This document shows, piece after piece, positions 10,244 through 20,191 of a DNA stretch of 64,000 nucleotides. Source of the stretch: Planctomycetota bacterium (GTDB lineage: Bacteria; Planctomycetota; B15-G4). Every line of letters starts with the position of its first letter. Position 1 is the first letter of the stretch. The DNA lies in the NCBI GenBank assembly GCA_038212275.1, contig JBBQUR010000004.1, positions 1 through 64,000 on the forward strand, given 5' to 3'. A program made the translations under genes and the position numbers. The notes under the pieces are model-generated. The model had not been told where the DNA came from, searched no databases, and saw only the letters and a program-made list of their open reading frames with translations.

Positions 10244-11971
10244 TCAGTCGTCGGGAAGCGCAGCGAGTGCCTCGAGGACCGCGCCGGTGAGCGTCTTGAG
10301 CATCTGCGGCCCGAAGTCGAAGCACACGTGGGCGGCGCTGAAGAGCTCCGGAAGCGGGCGGCTTCCGCCGAGCGACAGCGCGCCTCGCCACGCCGCCACC
10401 GCGGACACTCCCTGATGACGCGCGTTGAGCCAGAGCTGCAGCGCGCCGACCTGCGCGATGCCGTACTCGATGTCATAGAAGGGGTGCTTGAAGAGGTGCA
10501 GCTGGCGTTGCCATTCGCGCGCGAGCCACGGCTCCTGCCCCGCCCAGTCCACGGAGGGCTCGAAGCGCCTGCGCAGCGAGACCCAGTAGGCGGCGCGCTC
10601 CGCATGACTGTGCTCGGGATAGGTGTAGAGCCAGTGCTGGAAGGCATCGATGGTGGCGACCCACGGCAGCAGCTGCAGCGTGCGTTCGAGTTGCGCGCGC
10701 TGCACGCGCACTCCCGCCTCCGCACCGAGCACGGCGACGGCGTGCTCGGACGCGAGCAGCTCCATGCCCATCGACGCCACCTCCGCGAACTCGAGCGGTG
10801 CGCGGCGGCAGCTTTGCAGCGGCTGGTTGCGCGCCGCCAGCGCATGCACGGCGTGTCCGCTTTCGTGCAGCAGGGTGCGCAGGTCCGCGACGACGCCGAC
10901 GGCGTTCGCGAAGATGAAGGGAAGGCGACGGTCCTCGAGGAAGGCCTGGTAGCCGCCGGGCGCCTTGCCCGGACGGTTCTCCAGGTCGAGCAGCCGCTGC
11001 TCGCGCAGGAAGGCGAACTGTCCGGCGAGTTCGCCGTCCACGTGCCGAAGCAATCGCCCGGCCAGGTCGGCCAGTTCCTCGCCGCCGTGGAAGAGGCGCA
11101 GCGGCGGGCGGCCGCGGCTGTCGACATCGAGGTCCCAGGGAGCAAGCGTCTCGACGCCGAGGGCGCGTCGGCGGCGATCGTGCAGGACGGACATGGCCGG
11201 GACCACGTGCTCCTCGACCGAGGCATGAAAGGCCTCGCACTCCTCGATGCCGTAGTCGAAGCGCTCGCGCTCGCGAAAGCTGTACTCGCGGTAACTGGGG
11301 AAGCCCGCGTTGGAGGCGAGCTGCGTCCGTTGCGCGAGCAGCCTGTCGAAGAGACCTTCCAGCTCGTCGGCAGCGTGCAGACGGCAGCGCGACATGGCGA
11401 GCCACGCCTGCTCGCGCACGCTGCGGTCCGCGTCGTCGAGAAAGCGCGCGATCTGCTGCGGCGTGAAGCGTTCACCGCGGAAGCGCACGACGAGACTGCC
11501 GGAGCGCTGATCGAAGTCGGCAAGCAGGCGCGACACCGCGGCCTCGACCGGCAAGTTCTCGACGTGAAACAGCGCGGCGCGATTGGCGACGGCCCGGTCG
11601 TGCGTCGCGTACTGCGTCCGGTCGAGCGAACTCCGGTGCGGGCAGGCCAGGTAGATGCGATCGAGCCCGTGCAGGAGCTGCCGCGCGGCGGGCAGCACGC
11701 GGGTCTGCAGGTCGAGATGTCGTTCGCGCGCGAGCAGGTTCTCGGTGTGGCAGGTGGTCGCGATGGAGGCGTGTGCCTCGGCGGCGTCCAGGGCCGATTC
11801 CAGTTCGTCCACGTCGGCCAGCCAGGCGGAGAGTGCTGCCACGTCGGGCAGGGGGCGGGCGGCCAGCTCCTCGACGAGGCGCTGCAGGGTCGCCAGGTCG
11901 GTGAGGGGCGCGTCGGCCGGCAACCAGTGTCGCTCGGGTGCCGGAAAGCGGGTCGTGAGCGAGGCGTTCAT
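10244..11971 (-). CDS. M3 family oligoendopeptidase (PepF-like)
   Basis: LDLENRPGKAPGGY, LLHESGHAVH, EFAEVASMGMEL, WQRQLHLFKHPFYDIEYGIAQ. Confidence 0.92.
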   Translation of the reverse strand: MNASLTTRFPAPERHWLPADAPLTDLATLQRLVEELAARPLPDVAALSAWLADVDELESALDAAEAHASIATTCHTENLLARERHLDLQTRVLPAARQLLHGLDRIYLACPHRSSLDRTQYATHDRAVANRAALFHVENLPVEAAVSRLLADFDQRSGSLVVRFRGERFTPQQIARFLDDADRSVREQAWLAMSRCRLHAADELEGLFDRLLAQRTQLASNAGFPSYREYSFRERERFDYGIEECEAFHASVEEHVVPAMSVLHDRRRRALGVETLAPWDLDVDSRGRPPLRLFHGGEELADLAGRLLRHVDGELAGQFAFLREQRLLDLENRPGKAPGGYQAFLEDRRLPFIFANAVGVVADLRTLLHESGHAVHALAARNQPLQSCRRAPLEFAEVASMGMELLASEHAVAVLGAEAGVRVQRAQLERTLQLLPWVATIDAFQHWLYTYPEHSHAERAAYWVSLRRRFEPSVDWAGQEPWLAREWQRQLHLFKHPFYDIEYGIAQVGALQLWLNARHQGVSAVAAWRGALSLGGSRPLPELFSAAHVCFDFGPQMLKTLTGAVLEALAALPDD

Positions 11972-12102
11972 GGCATGGCCCGGGTCGTGATGGTGTCACC
12001 ACCGGAAACAGGCGCGTCACTCTACAATCCGGCCACGGTTGCAGTGGGGACGTCCCGGCGCGAGCCGACGCTGTTGCGACCCGTCCCCTGGAGTGCCATG
12101 CG

Positions 12103-13071
12103 ATGCGCGGAATCATCATCCTGCCGTGCGTGCTGCTGGCACTGCTGACGCCCGCTTCTGCGGCGCCACTCGCTGCCTGGCAGGAGCGGCCCACGGCCAA
12201 GACGCCTCCGGCCAAGGCCGCCGACAAGGAGCCGGCCGCGAAGGAAGCCGACGCGCCGCCGCCGGCCGCGCCCACCGAGAAGTCGCTGCTTGCGGCCTTC
12301 TCCACGAGCTTCAAGCCGTCCGACGGCAGCGCACGCGTGGAGGCGATCAACGTGCTTGGAGACTCGTCGCGCAGCCTGCCCGACGGCGGCGCCGGCAAGG
12401 CCGTGGCGCGGGCGCTCGCCCGTGGCTTGCTCGACGAGGAACTGGAAGTGCGCGCGGCCTCCATCGCCCAACTCGGCTGGGGTCGTCACGTGGACACGGC
12501 GATCGAACAGCTGGGGGATGGGCTGTCCGACCTGCTCAAGCAGCTGGACCGACGCCTGACGCGCCCGGACGAAGAGAGCCGCACCTATGTCGGCCGCGCC
12601 ACGCGAATCGTGGGAGACGCGAGCGCTGCCCTTGCGAACTACCGCGACGACCGCAGCGTCGAGCTGCTCGTCGTGCAGCTGCGCAGCCTCGACAAGAACA
12701 GCACCGGCGGGAACAACCTGAGCACGCGCGTGCTCGGACCGATGTCCGCCGCGGTGCTGTCGCTGGGCACTCAGGATGCGGTCGAGGCGGCCGTGCGGCA
12801 GACGCAGACCTACGTCGGCGCTGGAGGAGCGCAGCAGGCTCCTGCGAAGATCCTGCATGCGGAGCTCTCGAAGTTCGCGGTGGCCTTCGGGCAGGCGCCG
12901 CCGGAATACTCCGAAAACGTGTCCGTGGCGTGGAACCAGTGGTGGGAAAAGGTCGGGGACCGGCTGCCGAAGAGCCTGGGCCGTTTGAAGCTGCCGCCCG
13001 CTTCACCGCCTGCCGAGCCGATGAAGGGCATGCGCGACCGCAAGGACGACGGCACCGCGCCGCGACAGTAG
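12103..13071 (+). CDS. Exported hypothetical protein with HEAT-like helical repeats
   Basis: Signal peptide, Pro/Ala linker, LLDEELEVRAASIAQLG HEAT-like motif; coding-like codon usage. Confidence 0.65.
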   Translation: MRGIIILPCVLLALLTPASAAPLAAWQERPTAKTPPAKAADKEPAAKEADAPPPAAPTEKSLLAAFSTSFKPSDGSARVEAINVLGDSSRSLPDGGAGKAVARALARGLLDEELEVRAASIAQLGWGRHVDTAIEQLGDGLSDLLKQLDRRLTRPDEESRTYVGRATRIVGDASAALANYRDDRSVELLVVQLRSLDKNSTGGNNLSTRVLGPMSAAVLSLGTQDAVEAAVRQTQTYVGAGGAQQAPAKILHAELSKFAVAFGQAPPEYSENVSVAWNQWWEKVGDRLPKSLGRLKLPPASPPAEPMKGMRDRKDDGTAPRQ

Positions 13072-13178
13072 CCGCCGGATTGCGGAACGCGTGTACCGGA
13101 CCGACGTCGGGTCGGGGATGCATGCCACCGGTGCATGCTCTATCCTTCGCCCGAACTCGGTCCCGGAATGGCGCATTC

Positions 13179-14279
13179 ATGAAAACCAAGGTGCTCTTCG
13201 TCGTTGTCGTCGGTCTCACGCTTCTCACGTGGGCGCACATCTCGCTCAACGTGGGCTGGGACACGGTGAAGGCGAACTTCGGGCTGGCCACCGAGGACGG
13301 GCACTACAGCCTGACGGTGGGTTTCCTCCCGGTCACCTGACACCTCACCTGCCCGGTCACCAGTTGGGTGACCGACCACAGCGAGAAGGGTTCGCTCTTC
13401 ACGTCGCAGCGTTTCTCCGACTTCCCGAGCATGAAGGAGGCGCTGATCGCCCGGAAGATCGAGGCCACGTTCATGATCGCGCCGCTTGCGATGAAGCTCG
13501 TGGCCGACGGCGTGCCGGTCCGCATCGTGTATCTCGGACATCGGGACGGCACCGGAATCATGGTTGGCACCGACAGCGACATTCAAGACTTCGCGGGACT
13601 CCGCGGCACCAAGGTCGCGATCCCCAGCCGCTACTCGAACCAGAACCTGCTCATGCACCGGATGATGAACCAGTACGGCATGGTGGACGGCGACATCACG
13701 CTGCTGGAGATGCCGCCGCCCGAGATGCCCGCGGCGCTCGCGAACGGCGACATCGACGGCTACATCGTCGGCGAACCCTTCTGCGCGAAGTCCGAGCTGG
13801 GAGGGTGGGGCCGCGTGCTCTACCTCACCAAGGACATCTGGCCGGACTTCGTCTCCTGCGTGCTGGTCGTGCGCAAGGAACTCATCGATGAGCACCGTCC
13901 GCTGGTGCAGGAACTGGTGGATGGCATCGCGACGTCGGGCAAGTGGCTGGACTCCGACATGGTGCACCGCATGGACGCGGCCGAGGTGGTGGGCAAGTAT
14001 TATTACAATCAGGACCCCGAGCTGCTGAAGTTCGTGCTCAGCAAGCCGCCCGATCGCGTGAAGTACACCGACCTCAAGCCGATGCAGAAGAACTTCGACG
14101 AGATCATGGCCCTCGCGAACCAGACCGGGATCATCGACAAGCACATGGCCTTCGACGAGTACGTGGACAACAGCTTCGCGCCGGACGTGTTCACGCTCAC
14201 CGTGCCCTTCGATCGGTTGCCGATGGAGCCCGCGCCCGACGGGCCGGGCACGCCGGTCACGCCTGCAGGCGGCAAGTGA
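13179..14279 (+). CDS. ABC transporter substrate-binding protein (NrtA/SsuA/TauA-like), probable selenoprotein with Sec at codon 54 (TGA 13338-13340)
   Basis: The signal/TM segment MKTKVLFVVV... and TVGFLPVT are in frame with the SBP body across one TGA, giving LPVT-U-HLTCPVT. A SECIS-like hairpin lies directly downstream. Confidence 0.85.
13354..13374 (+). promoter_or_regulatory. Candidate bacterial SECIS element
   Basis: Perfect 8-bp stem CGGTCACC/GGTGACCG with 5-nt loop AGTTG (G at loop position 2, followed by U); 21 nt between the UGA and the loop. Confidence 0.75.
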
Positions 14280-14280
14280 G

Positions 14281-15105
14281 ATGATCATTCCGCTGCTGCT
14301 CATCGTGCTGGGGGTGGTGCTGTTCGTGCAGTCGCGCCGCTGGCCCGCTGCGGTGCAGAACGTGGTGCTCCCCGGCTCCGTGGCGCTCGTCGTGCTGTGC
14401 CTCTGGCACATCGGCGCCGCCGCGCAGGAGCGCCCGATTCTGCCGACGCCGAAGCTCGTGGCGGTGGCGCTCGTGAACCTCGTGGCCGACGGAACCCTCT
14501 GGCGCTACGTGATCGCCAGCGTGTTCCGCGTCTCGGTGGGCTTCGTGCTCGCGGCGGCCGTCGGCATCCCGTTCGGGCTGGTCGTCGGCTGGTCCACGCG
14601 CGCCTTCACGGCCTTCAATCCGCTGGTGCAGGGGCTGCGTCCGATCTCGCCCATCGCGTGGATCCCGATCGCGATCCTGCTGTTCGGCATCGGGGACGGC
14701 TCGGCGGTCTTCCTGATCTTCCTGGCCTCGTTCTTCCCGATCGTCGTGGGCACGATGGCCGCGGTGCGCAACATCAGCCTCGTGCACGTGCGCTCGGCGC
14801 AGAACTTCGGCCTGCACGGCATGGAATTGTTCCGCCACGTCGTCTTCCCGGCTTCGCTGCCGCAGATCATCACGTCGCTGCGCATCGCGCTCGGCGTTGC
14901 CTGGCTCGTCGTCGTGGCGGCCGAGATGATCGCCGTAAACAGCGGCCTCGGCTACATGATCATCGATGCCCGCAACCAGGGCATGCGCTACGACCTCGTC
15001 GTGGCCGGCATGCTCGTCATCGGCGCCATCGGCATCGTGCTCGACCTCGGCATCCGCCGGCTCGAGACCTTCGACGAGGTGCGCTGGGGCTACGCCAAGC
15101 GATGA
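14281..15105 (+). CDS. ABC transporter permease (SsuC/TauC family)
   Basis: [44 protein letters not shown]. Confidence 0.93.
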   Translation: MIIPLLLIVLGVVLFVQSRRWPAAVQNVVLPGSVALVVLCLWHIGAAAQERPILPTPKLVAVALVNLVADGTLWRYVIASVFRVSVGFVLAAAVGIPFGLVVGWSTRAFTAFNPLVQGLRPISPIAWIPIAILLFGIGDGSAVFLIFLASFFPIVVGTMAAVRNISLVHVRSAQNFGLHGMELFRHVVFPASLPQIITSLRIALGVAWLVVVAAEMIAVNSGLGYMIIDARNQGMRYDLVVAGMLVIGAIGIVLDLGIRRLETFDEVRWGYAKR

Positions 15106-15872
15106 GCAGCGACGCGCCCGGCCGCAGCAAGGTGGTCATCTCATCGGTCAGCAAGGACTTCAGCACGCGCAAGGGTGCGCTGTCCGTGCTGCAGGAGGTC
15201 AGCCTCGACGTGCGCGAGGGCGAGTTCATGTGCCTGCTCGGCCCGTCTGGCTGCGGCAAGTCCACGCTGCTCAACATCGTGGGCGGTTTCGAGCGCCCGA
15301 CGAGCGGCCGCGTCACCATCGACGGCGAGGAGGTTACCGGGCCGGACCCGCGTCGCGTGTTCGTGTTCCAGGAATACGGCATCTTCCCCTGGGCCTCGGT
15401 GTGGGACAACGTCGCGCTCGGCCTGCGCAAGCGCGACGCCAGGGAGCGCAGCCGCATCGTGCAGGCCACGATCGACCTCGTCGGATTGACGGGTTTCGAG
15501 AAGAGCTATCCCTTCGAGTTGTCGGGCGGCATGAAGCAGCGCGTGGAGGTCGCGCGCGCGCTCGCCGTCTCCCCCGACGTCATCTACATGGACGAGCCTT
15601 TCGGCGCGCTGGACTCGCTGACGCGCCTCACGATGCGCGCCGAGTTGATCCGCATCTGGCAGTCCGAGCGCAAGACCATCATGTTCGTCACGCACGACGT
15701 GGACGAGTCGCTGCAGCTCGCGGACCGCATCGTGGTCTTCACGTCGCGGCCGGGGCGCATCGCGGAGGTCGTGACGGTGGGCATGAGCCATCCGCGCGAA
15801 CTCGGCAGCCCGGAGTACGCGGCGGTGAAGAACCGGCTCTACGATCTGCTTGGCGTGCGGCACACGGTGTGA
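15102..15872 (+). CDS. ABC transporter ATP-binding protein (SsuB/TauB family)
   Basis: [35 protein letters not shown] overlap with the permease. Confidence 0.95.
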   Translation: MSSDAPGRSKVVISSVSKDFSTRKGALSVLQEVSLDVREGEFMCLLGPSGCGKSTLLNIVGGFERPTSGRVTIDGEEVTGPDPRRVFVFQEYGIFPWASVWDNVALGLRKRDARERSRIVQATIDLVGLTGFEKSYPFELSGGMKQRVEVARALAVSPDVIYMDEPFGALDSLTRLTMRAELIRIWQSERKTIMFVTHDVDESLQLADRIVVFTSRPGRIAEVVTVGMSHPRELGSPEYAAVKNRLYDLLGVRHTV

Positions 15873-16342
15873 GCGCGGACAGCACGCCGCCGCCGTTCCA
15901 CCTGGCCTTCCCGGTGCACGACCTGGCGGCGGCGCGTGCCTTCTACGGAGGCGTGCTCGGCTGTCGAGAGGGCCGCAGCGCGCCCGCCTGGGTGGACTTC
16001 GACTTCTTCGGCCACCAGCTCGTGGCGCACCTGCACCCGGCACGCGGAGCAGCGGCGACGAACGCCGTGGACGGCGACGACGTGCCGGTGGCGCACTTCG
16101 GCGTGGTGCTCCCGTGGAGCGAGTGGGAGCGCTGGCGCGACCGCCTCGCCTCTGCGGGCGTGCCCTTCCGCATCACGCCGCACGTGCGCTTCCGCGGCGC
16201 GGTGGGCGAGCAGGCGACGCTCTTCGTGCTCGACCCGTCAGGGAATGCACTGGAATTCAAGGCATTCCGCGATCCAGCCCAGATCTTCGCGCGGCCGGTG
16301 CGGCCGACGCGCCCGGCGGATCAGGGGGACCAGGCGCGGTAG
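15869..16342 (+). CDS. VOC/glyoxalase family protein
   Basis: [49 protein letters not shown] overlap with the ATPase. Confidence 0.9.
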   Translation: MSADSTPPPFHLAFPVHDLAAARAFYGGVLGCREGRSAPAWVDFDFFGHQLVAHLHPARGAAATNAVDGDDVPVAHFGVVLPWSEWERWRDRLASAGVPFRITPHVRFRGAVGEQATLFVLDPSGNALEFKAFRDPAQIFARPVRPTRPADQGDQAR

Positions 16343-16908
16343 TCGCGCACGAGGTCCACGTCGACTCCTTCCTCGGCGGTCAGGGTGCTGTGCACGGCGC
16401 GTCCGCGCAGGCGCAATGGTTCTCCGGGCAGGTTCGCGCGGGTCAGCTCGATGTGCCAGCGGCCGCTCTGGCCATTGGGAGCGCCGTTTTCGTCGAGCAT
16501 GGGCATGCCGCCCTCGATGACGAGCGACGTGGGGGCATCCCGCGGGCCTTCGCGCGTGGCATGTGCGAGCACGGCCTTGCTGCGACGCGCGAGCGCCTCG
16601 GGCTGCGCCGTGGCACGCCAGTCGAAGGAGATCCAGTGCCCTTCCATGACGCCGTCGTCGTCGGTGCCCACGAGACTCAGGCGCAGCGCGAGGTAGGGGT
16701 GGCTGGGCGCAAGCACCCACCAGACGCCGGCGAGCGGGTCCTGCATGCCGGGCGCGTCGGGAAGAGTACCGGGCAGCTTCGCGGCGGTCGTGTCTTCCGG
16801 GCGCAGAGCGGGAGCTGCCGCTTCCTCGGCCGAGGCATCTGCCGGCGCCACCGGCGTGCACGCGCAGAGCGCTGCGAGCAGCAGCAGGGCAACCGGTCGC
16901 ATCGGCAT
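16321..16908 (-). CDS. Hypothetical lipoprotein
   Basis: Lipobox-like [14 protein letters not shown] upstream of the ATG. Confidence 0.6.
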   Translation of the reverse strand: MPMRPVALLLLAALCACTPVAPADASAEEAAAPALRPEDTTAAKLPGTLPDAPGMQDPLAGVWWVLAPSHPYLALRLSLVGTDDDGVMEGHWISFDWRATAQPEALARRSKAVLAHATREGPRDAPTSLVIEGGMPMLDENGAPNGQSGRWHIELTRANLPGEPLRLRGRAVHSTLTAEEGVDVDLVRDYRAWSP

Positions 16909-16984
16909 CGCGTCTCCTCCATCTCGGCGACCGACGCGCTGCGCGAATCTCCCGGCACCGTGGCCGGCATGTTACACCGGCCGC

Positions 16985-18316
16985 ATGCCCGGTCCTCTGC
17001 TCAGCGCCTTCCTGTGGTTCGCGAGCGGCTCGACGCTGCTCGCGTGCGCCCCTGCCCAGGTCGACGAGGGTCACGAACTCGTGTTCACGCCGCCCGCCAT
17101 CGTGTCCGTGCCGCCTCCCGCGGCAGTCAGCCTGCGCAGACTCTTCGGCGACGAACGTTTCCAGCGCCCCGTCGATGCGGCGCAGGCGCCGGGCGATGCG
17201 CGCACGACCTACGTCGTGGAGCAACGCGGCCTGATCTACCGCCTGATCCCCGGCATTGCCGGCTGGGTGCGCCAGCCCTTTCTCGACCTCCAGGAGCGCG
17301 TCACGCGCACCGGCAATGAGGAAGGACTGCTCGGCCTTGCCTTCGATCCGCACTTCGCCGAGGAGGGCAGCCCGTTGCGCGGCGCCTTCTACGTGGACTA
17401 CTCCGTGAAGCCGGGGCCCCTGTCGCGCCTTTCGCGCTTCGTCGTGAAGCCGGGCAGCAGCACGGCCGACGCGGATTCCGAGGAGGTGCTGCTCGAGATC
17501 GAGCAGCCGTTCCGCAACCACAATGGCGGCTGCCTGCAGTTCGGTCCGGACGGGATGCTCTTCTACGGCCTCGGCGACGGCGGCGCGGCCAACGACCCGC
17601 ACGGAAACGGCCAGAATCCGGGCACGTTGCTCGGCACGATCCTGCGGCTCGACGTCTCGCGGCGTGACGGCAAGCTGCCTTACGGCATTCCTGCCGACAA
17701 CCCGCTGCTCTCGCGAGCCGATGCGCGCCCCGAAGTGTGGGCTTACGGCCTGCGCAACCCGTGGCGCTTTTCCTTCGACCGCGCCACCGGCGAGTGCTGG
17801 GTGGGGGACGTCGGCCAGAATCTCTTCGAGTTCGTGCACGTGGCGCGGCCGGGCGGCAACCACGGCTGGAATCTCGTCGAGGGCTTCCATCGATTCTCCC
17901 TGCCTGCCGGCACGGAGCCGCCTGCTGAGCTCGTGCCTCCCGTCTTCGAGTATCCGCACCTCGCGGCCGTGGATGCCGACGCGATCGCGGCGGGGCGCGC
18001 CGTGGATGTCGGCGACGGCCTGTCGATCACCGGCGGCTTCGTGTACCGCGGCACGTCGATGCCCGGCCTGCAGGGCTGGTACGTCTTCGCGGACTACGTC
18101 ACGAAGCACGTGTGGGCGATCCGGCGCATGCCGGACGGCAGGATCGAGCACGCCCTGCTGCTGCCGGATGCCGGCCTCGTCGCATCCTTCGCGCAGCTGC
18201 ACGACGGCGAGCTGCTCGTCATCGATCACCAGGGCTTCGTGTCGCAGCTCGTCCCGGACACGGGCGGCCGCGAGGCGCCCGTCAGCGCGCCGCAGCCGCC
18301 AGACTCTCCGCGGTGA
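16985..18316 (+). CDS. PQQ-dependent sugar dehydrogenase (GSDH beta-propeller)
   Basis: EEGLLGLAFDP, NHNGG, FGPDG, GDGG, WAYGLRNPWRFSFD, DVGQN, SITGGFVYRG. Confidence 0.92.
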   Translation: MPGPLLSAFLWFASGSTLLACAPAQVDEGHELVFTPPAIVSVPPPAAVSLRRLFGDERFQRPVDAAQAPGDARTTYVVEQRGLIYRLIPGIAGWVRQPFLDLQERVTRTGNEEGLLGLAFDPHFAEEGSPLRGAFYVDYSVKPGPLSRLSRFVVKPGSSTADADSEEVLLEIEQPFRNHNGGCLQFGPDGMLFYGLGDGGAANDPHGNGQNPGTLLGTILRLDVSRRDGKLPYGIPADNPLLSRADARPEVWAYGLRNPWRFSFDRATGECWVGDVGQNLFEFVHVARPGGNHGWNLVEGFHRFSLPAGTEPPAELVPPVFEYPHLAAVDADAIAAGRAVDVGDGLSITGGFVYRGTSMPGLQGWYVFADYVTKHVWAIRRMPDGRIEHALLLPDAGLVASFAQLHDGELLVIDHQGFVSQLVPDTGGREAPVSAPQPPDSPR

Positions 18317-18611
18317 TGTCGCCATGGCTGGCGTTCCAGTCGGCACGCCCCGCGCGGAAGAGGATGGCCTGCGGCGACTGATGGGGGACGCCGCACTCGC
18401 CCGCCAGTCCGCGTGCCACGCTGCGGTCCGCGATCACGTCGACGAAAGCCGTCGGCACCTCGGGGTGCGCGGCGACGAAGCGCTGCCACTCGCGCAGGGC
18501 GGTGGCGCTGACCGGGCAGATCGGCGAGTGCTTGAACAGCATGAGCAGGGGTTGCTCCGCGACTGCTGAGCGGAAAGACTCGATCGTGTGCAGGGACAGT
18601 GAAGGCATCAT
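18282..18611 (-). CDS. ytxJ: YtxJ/DUF2847-like monothiol thioredoxin-fold protein
   Basis: FKHSPICPVS and GVPHQSPQAIL...WNASHGDIT match the YtxJ family pattern. Confidence 0.85.
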   Translation of the reverse strand: MMPSLSLHTIESFRSAVAEQPLLMLFKHSPICPVSATALREWQRFVAAHPEVPTAFVDVIADRSVARGLAGECGVPHQSPQAILFRAGRADWNASHGDITAESLAAAAR

Positions 18612-18707
18612 GGGCGCAGTGTCGCAGAAACAGGTTGAACCGTCCCTGATTCGGGGATATCTCCGGACCCTGTCGTCTGGCAGTCCGCACGGAGCGCCCG
18701 CATTCCC

Positions 18708-19169
18708 ATGATCTATTCCGCCACGACCGAGTACGCCGTCCGTGCCATGGCCCACATGGCCACGCTGCCGACCGGCGAGCGCATCCTCGCGCGCGACCTC
18801 GCCGCCGTCACGGGCGTGCCGCGGCAGTTCCTCGGCAAGATCCTTCATCGCCTCGCCCGCCTGGGCTTGCTCGACTCCGCCAAGGGCCGCGGCGGCGGCT
18901 TCCGCTTCCTGCGTCCTCCCGAGCAGATCTCGCTCGCCGAGGTGGTCGAGTCCGTCGAGGGCAAGGACATCATGCGCCTGTGCGTCCTCGGCCTCGACAA
19001 GTGCGACGCGCAGCAGCCCTGCCCCATGCACGACCAGTGGACGCTCTTCCGTGATCGCCTGAAGGACCGCATCCACTCCGCGAGCATGGCCGACCTCGGG
19101 AGCAACCTGAAGGCCAAGCGCCTGAGCAACGGCGGCGCGGTGGTGCCGCCGGATGTCCTGCCCGGGTAA
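18708..19169 (+). CDS. Rrf2 family transcriptional regulator (three Cys, likely Fe-S binding)
   Basis: TEYAVRAM, SAKGRGGGF, ISLAEVVESVEG, CVLGLDKCDAQQPCPMH. Confidence 0.93.
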   Translation: MIYSATTEYAVRAMAHMATLPTGERILARDLAAVTGVPRQFLGKILHRLARLGLLDSAKGRGGGFRFLRPPEQISLAEVVESVEGKDIMRLCVLGLDKCDAQQPCPMHDQWTLFRDRLKDRIHSASMADLGSNLKAKRLSNGGAVVPPDVLPG

Positions 19170-19181
19170 CGCGGCAGGCGG

Positions 19182-19227
19182 CTCGCGCCGGTGAACTCGC
19201 GCCGGTGAACTCGCGCCGGTGAACTCG
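19182..19227. repeat. 14-bp tandem repeat CTCGCGCCGGTGAA x3 between convergent genes
   Basis: Directly visible. Confidence 0.9.
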
Positions 19228-19249
19228 GCACCCGGCGGGGCGCGCGCGT

Positions 19250-20167
19250 TCAGGCGGGCAGCAGGCGCGCCAGGTTGCCTCCCATGATGGCCGCCACCTG
19301 GGCGTCGCTGGCGCCAGCCTGAGCCAGGGCGGCCAGCTGGACATCGCGGATGTCGGAGCGCCAGCCGCGCGGAAACGTGGAGCTGTCGGTGCCGAACAGG
19401 ATGCGCTCGGCGCCGAAGACGTCGAGCGCGTTGCGGAAGGCGTCAGCCAGCGTGACCCGACCCGGCATCGTCGCGAGCCAGTCATTGCTCGACGAGGTGT
19501 CGAGCCACACGTTCTCGCATTGCTTGCCGACGAGCAGCAGCTCGTGCAGGAAGCCGCCGCCGAAGTGCGGCACGACGAAGGTGATGTCCGGATAGCGCTG
19601 CGCCGCAGGCACGATGTCCAGCGGGTTGGCATAGGAAAGATCGTACGGGCGCGGGATGCCGAACAGGTCGCGCAGCTTCACGCGCAGGATGCCGCAGTGC
19701 ACGATGACCGGCGCCTTGTGGCGCCGCAGCGCATCGAGAATGGGGGTGAAGAGCGAGTCGCCCGGGTGGAAGTGGTGCATCGCGGGAAAGGTCAGCAGCC
19801 CGCGGAATCCCATGCTGCCGAGAGCCTTTTCCGCGAAGCCCGCGGCGGCGGCATCGGTCGGGTTGATGAGCGCGTACGGCAGCAGGCGGCCGCCGCTCTC
19901 GCGCGCGGCCGTCGCCACGACCTCCGCTTCCTGAGGCACGCTGGCGAAGCAGACCATGCGCGCCACGTCGTGCTTTGCCATCTCCGCCAGCCAGCGCTGG
20001 CGGTGCGCCGCCGTGTCGCCGTCCGGCAGGTCGAGACGGGCGGCAGCCACCACCTCGCGCACCAGGGATTCGGGGTCCGTCTTGCGCGGTGAGAGCGAGG
20101 CCAGCGTCGTGTAGAAACTGCGCGAGAAGAAGTGCGTGTGGGCGTCCTGCGTCTGCGTGGTCTGCAT
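19250..20167 (-). CDS. Amidohydrolase family protein (Amidohydro_2)
   Basis: DAHTHFF, VIVHCG, VPHFGGG, VWLDTS, RILFGTDS. Confidence 0.9.
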   Translation of the reverse strand: MQTTQTQDAHTHFFSRSFYTTLASLSPRKTDPESLVREVVAAARLDLPDGDTAAHRQRWLAEMAKHDVARMVCFASVPQEAEVVATAARESGGRLLPYALINPTDAAAAGFAEKALGSMGFRGLLTFPAMHHFHPGDSLFTPILDALRRHKAPVIVHCGILRVKLRDLFGIPRPYDLSYANPLDIVPAAQRYPDITFVVPHFGGGFLHELLLVGKQCENVWLDTSSSNDWLATMPGRVTLADAFRNALDVFGAERILFGTDSSTFPRGWRSDIRDVQLAALAQAGASDAQVAAIMGGNLARLLPA

Positions 20168-20191
20168 GCGGGCATGGTAGCCTCCGCGCCC

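Noticed and set aside
13120..13138. Near-palindrome GCATGCCACCGGTGCATGC upstream of the SBP gene
   Set aside because: A single imperfect GC-rich instance with no identifiable regulator; insufficient support.
13338..13340. Nonsense mutation (pseudogene) or UGA=Trp genetic code
   Set aside because: TGA is the normal stop for many genes here, the rest of the operon is intact, and the nearby Cys plus SECIS-like hairpin favour Sec. Not fully excluded without selABCD evidence.
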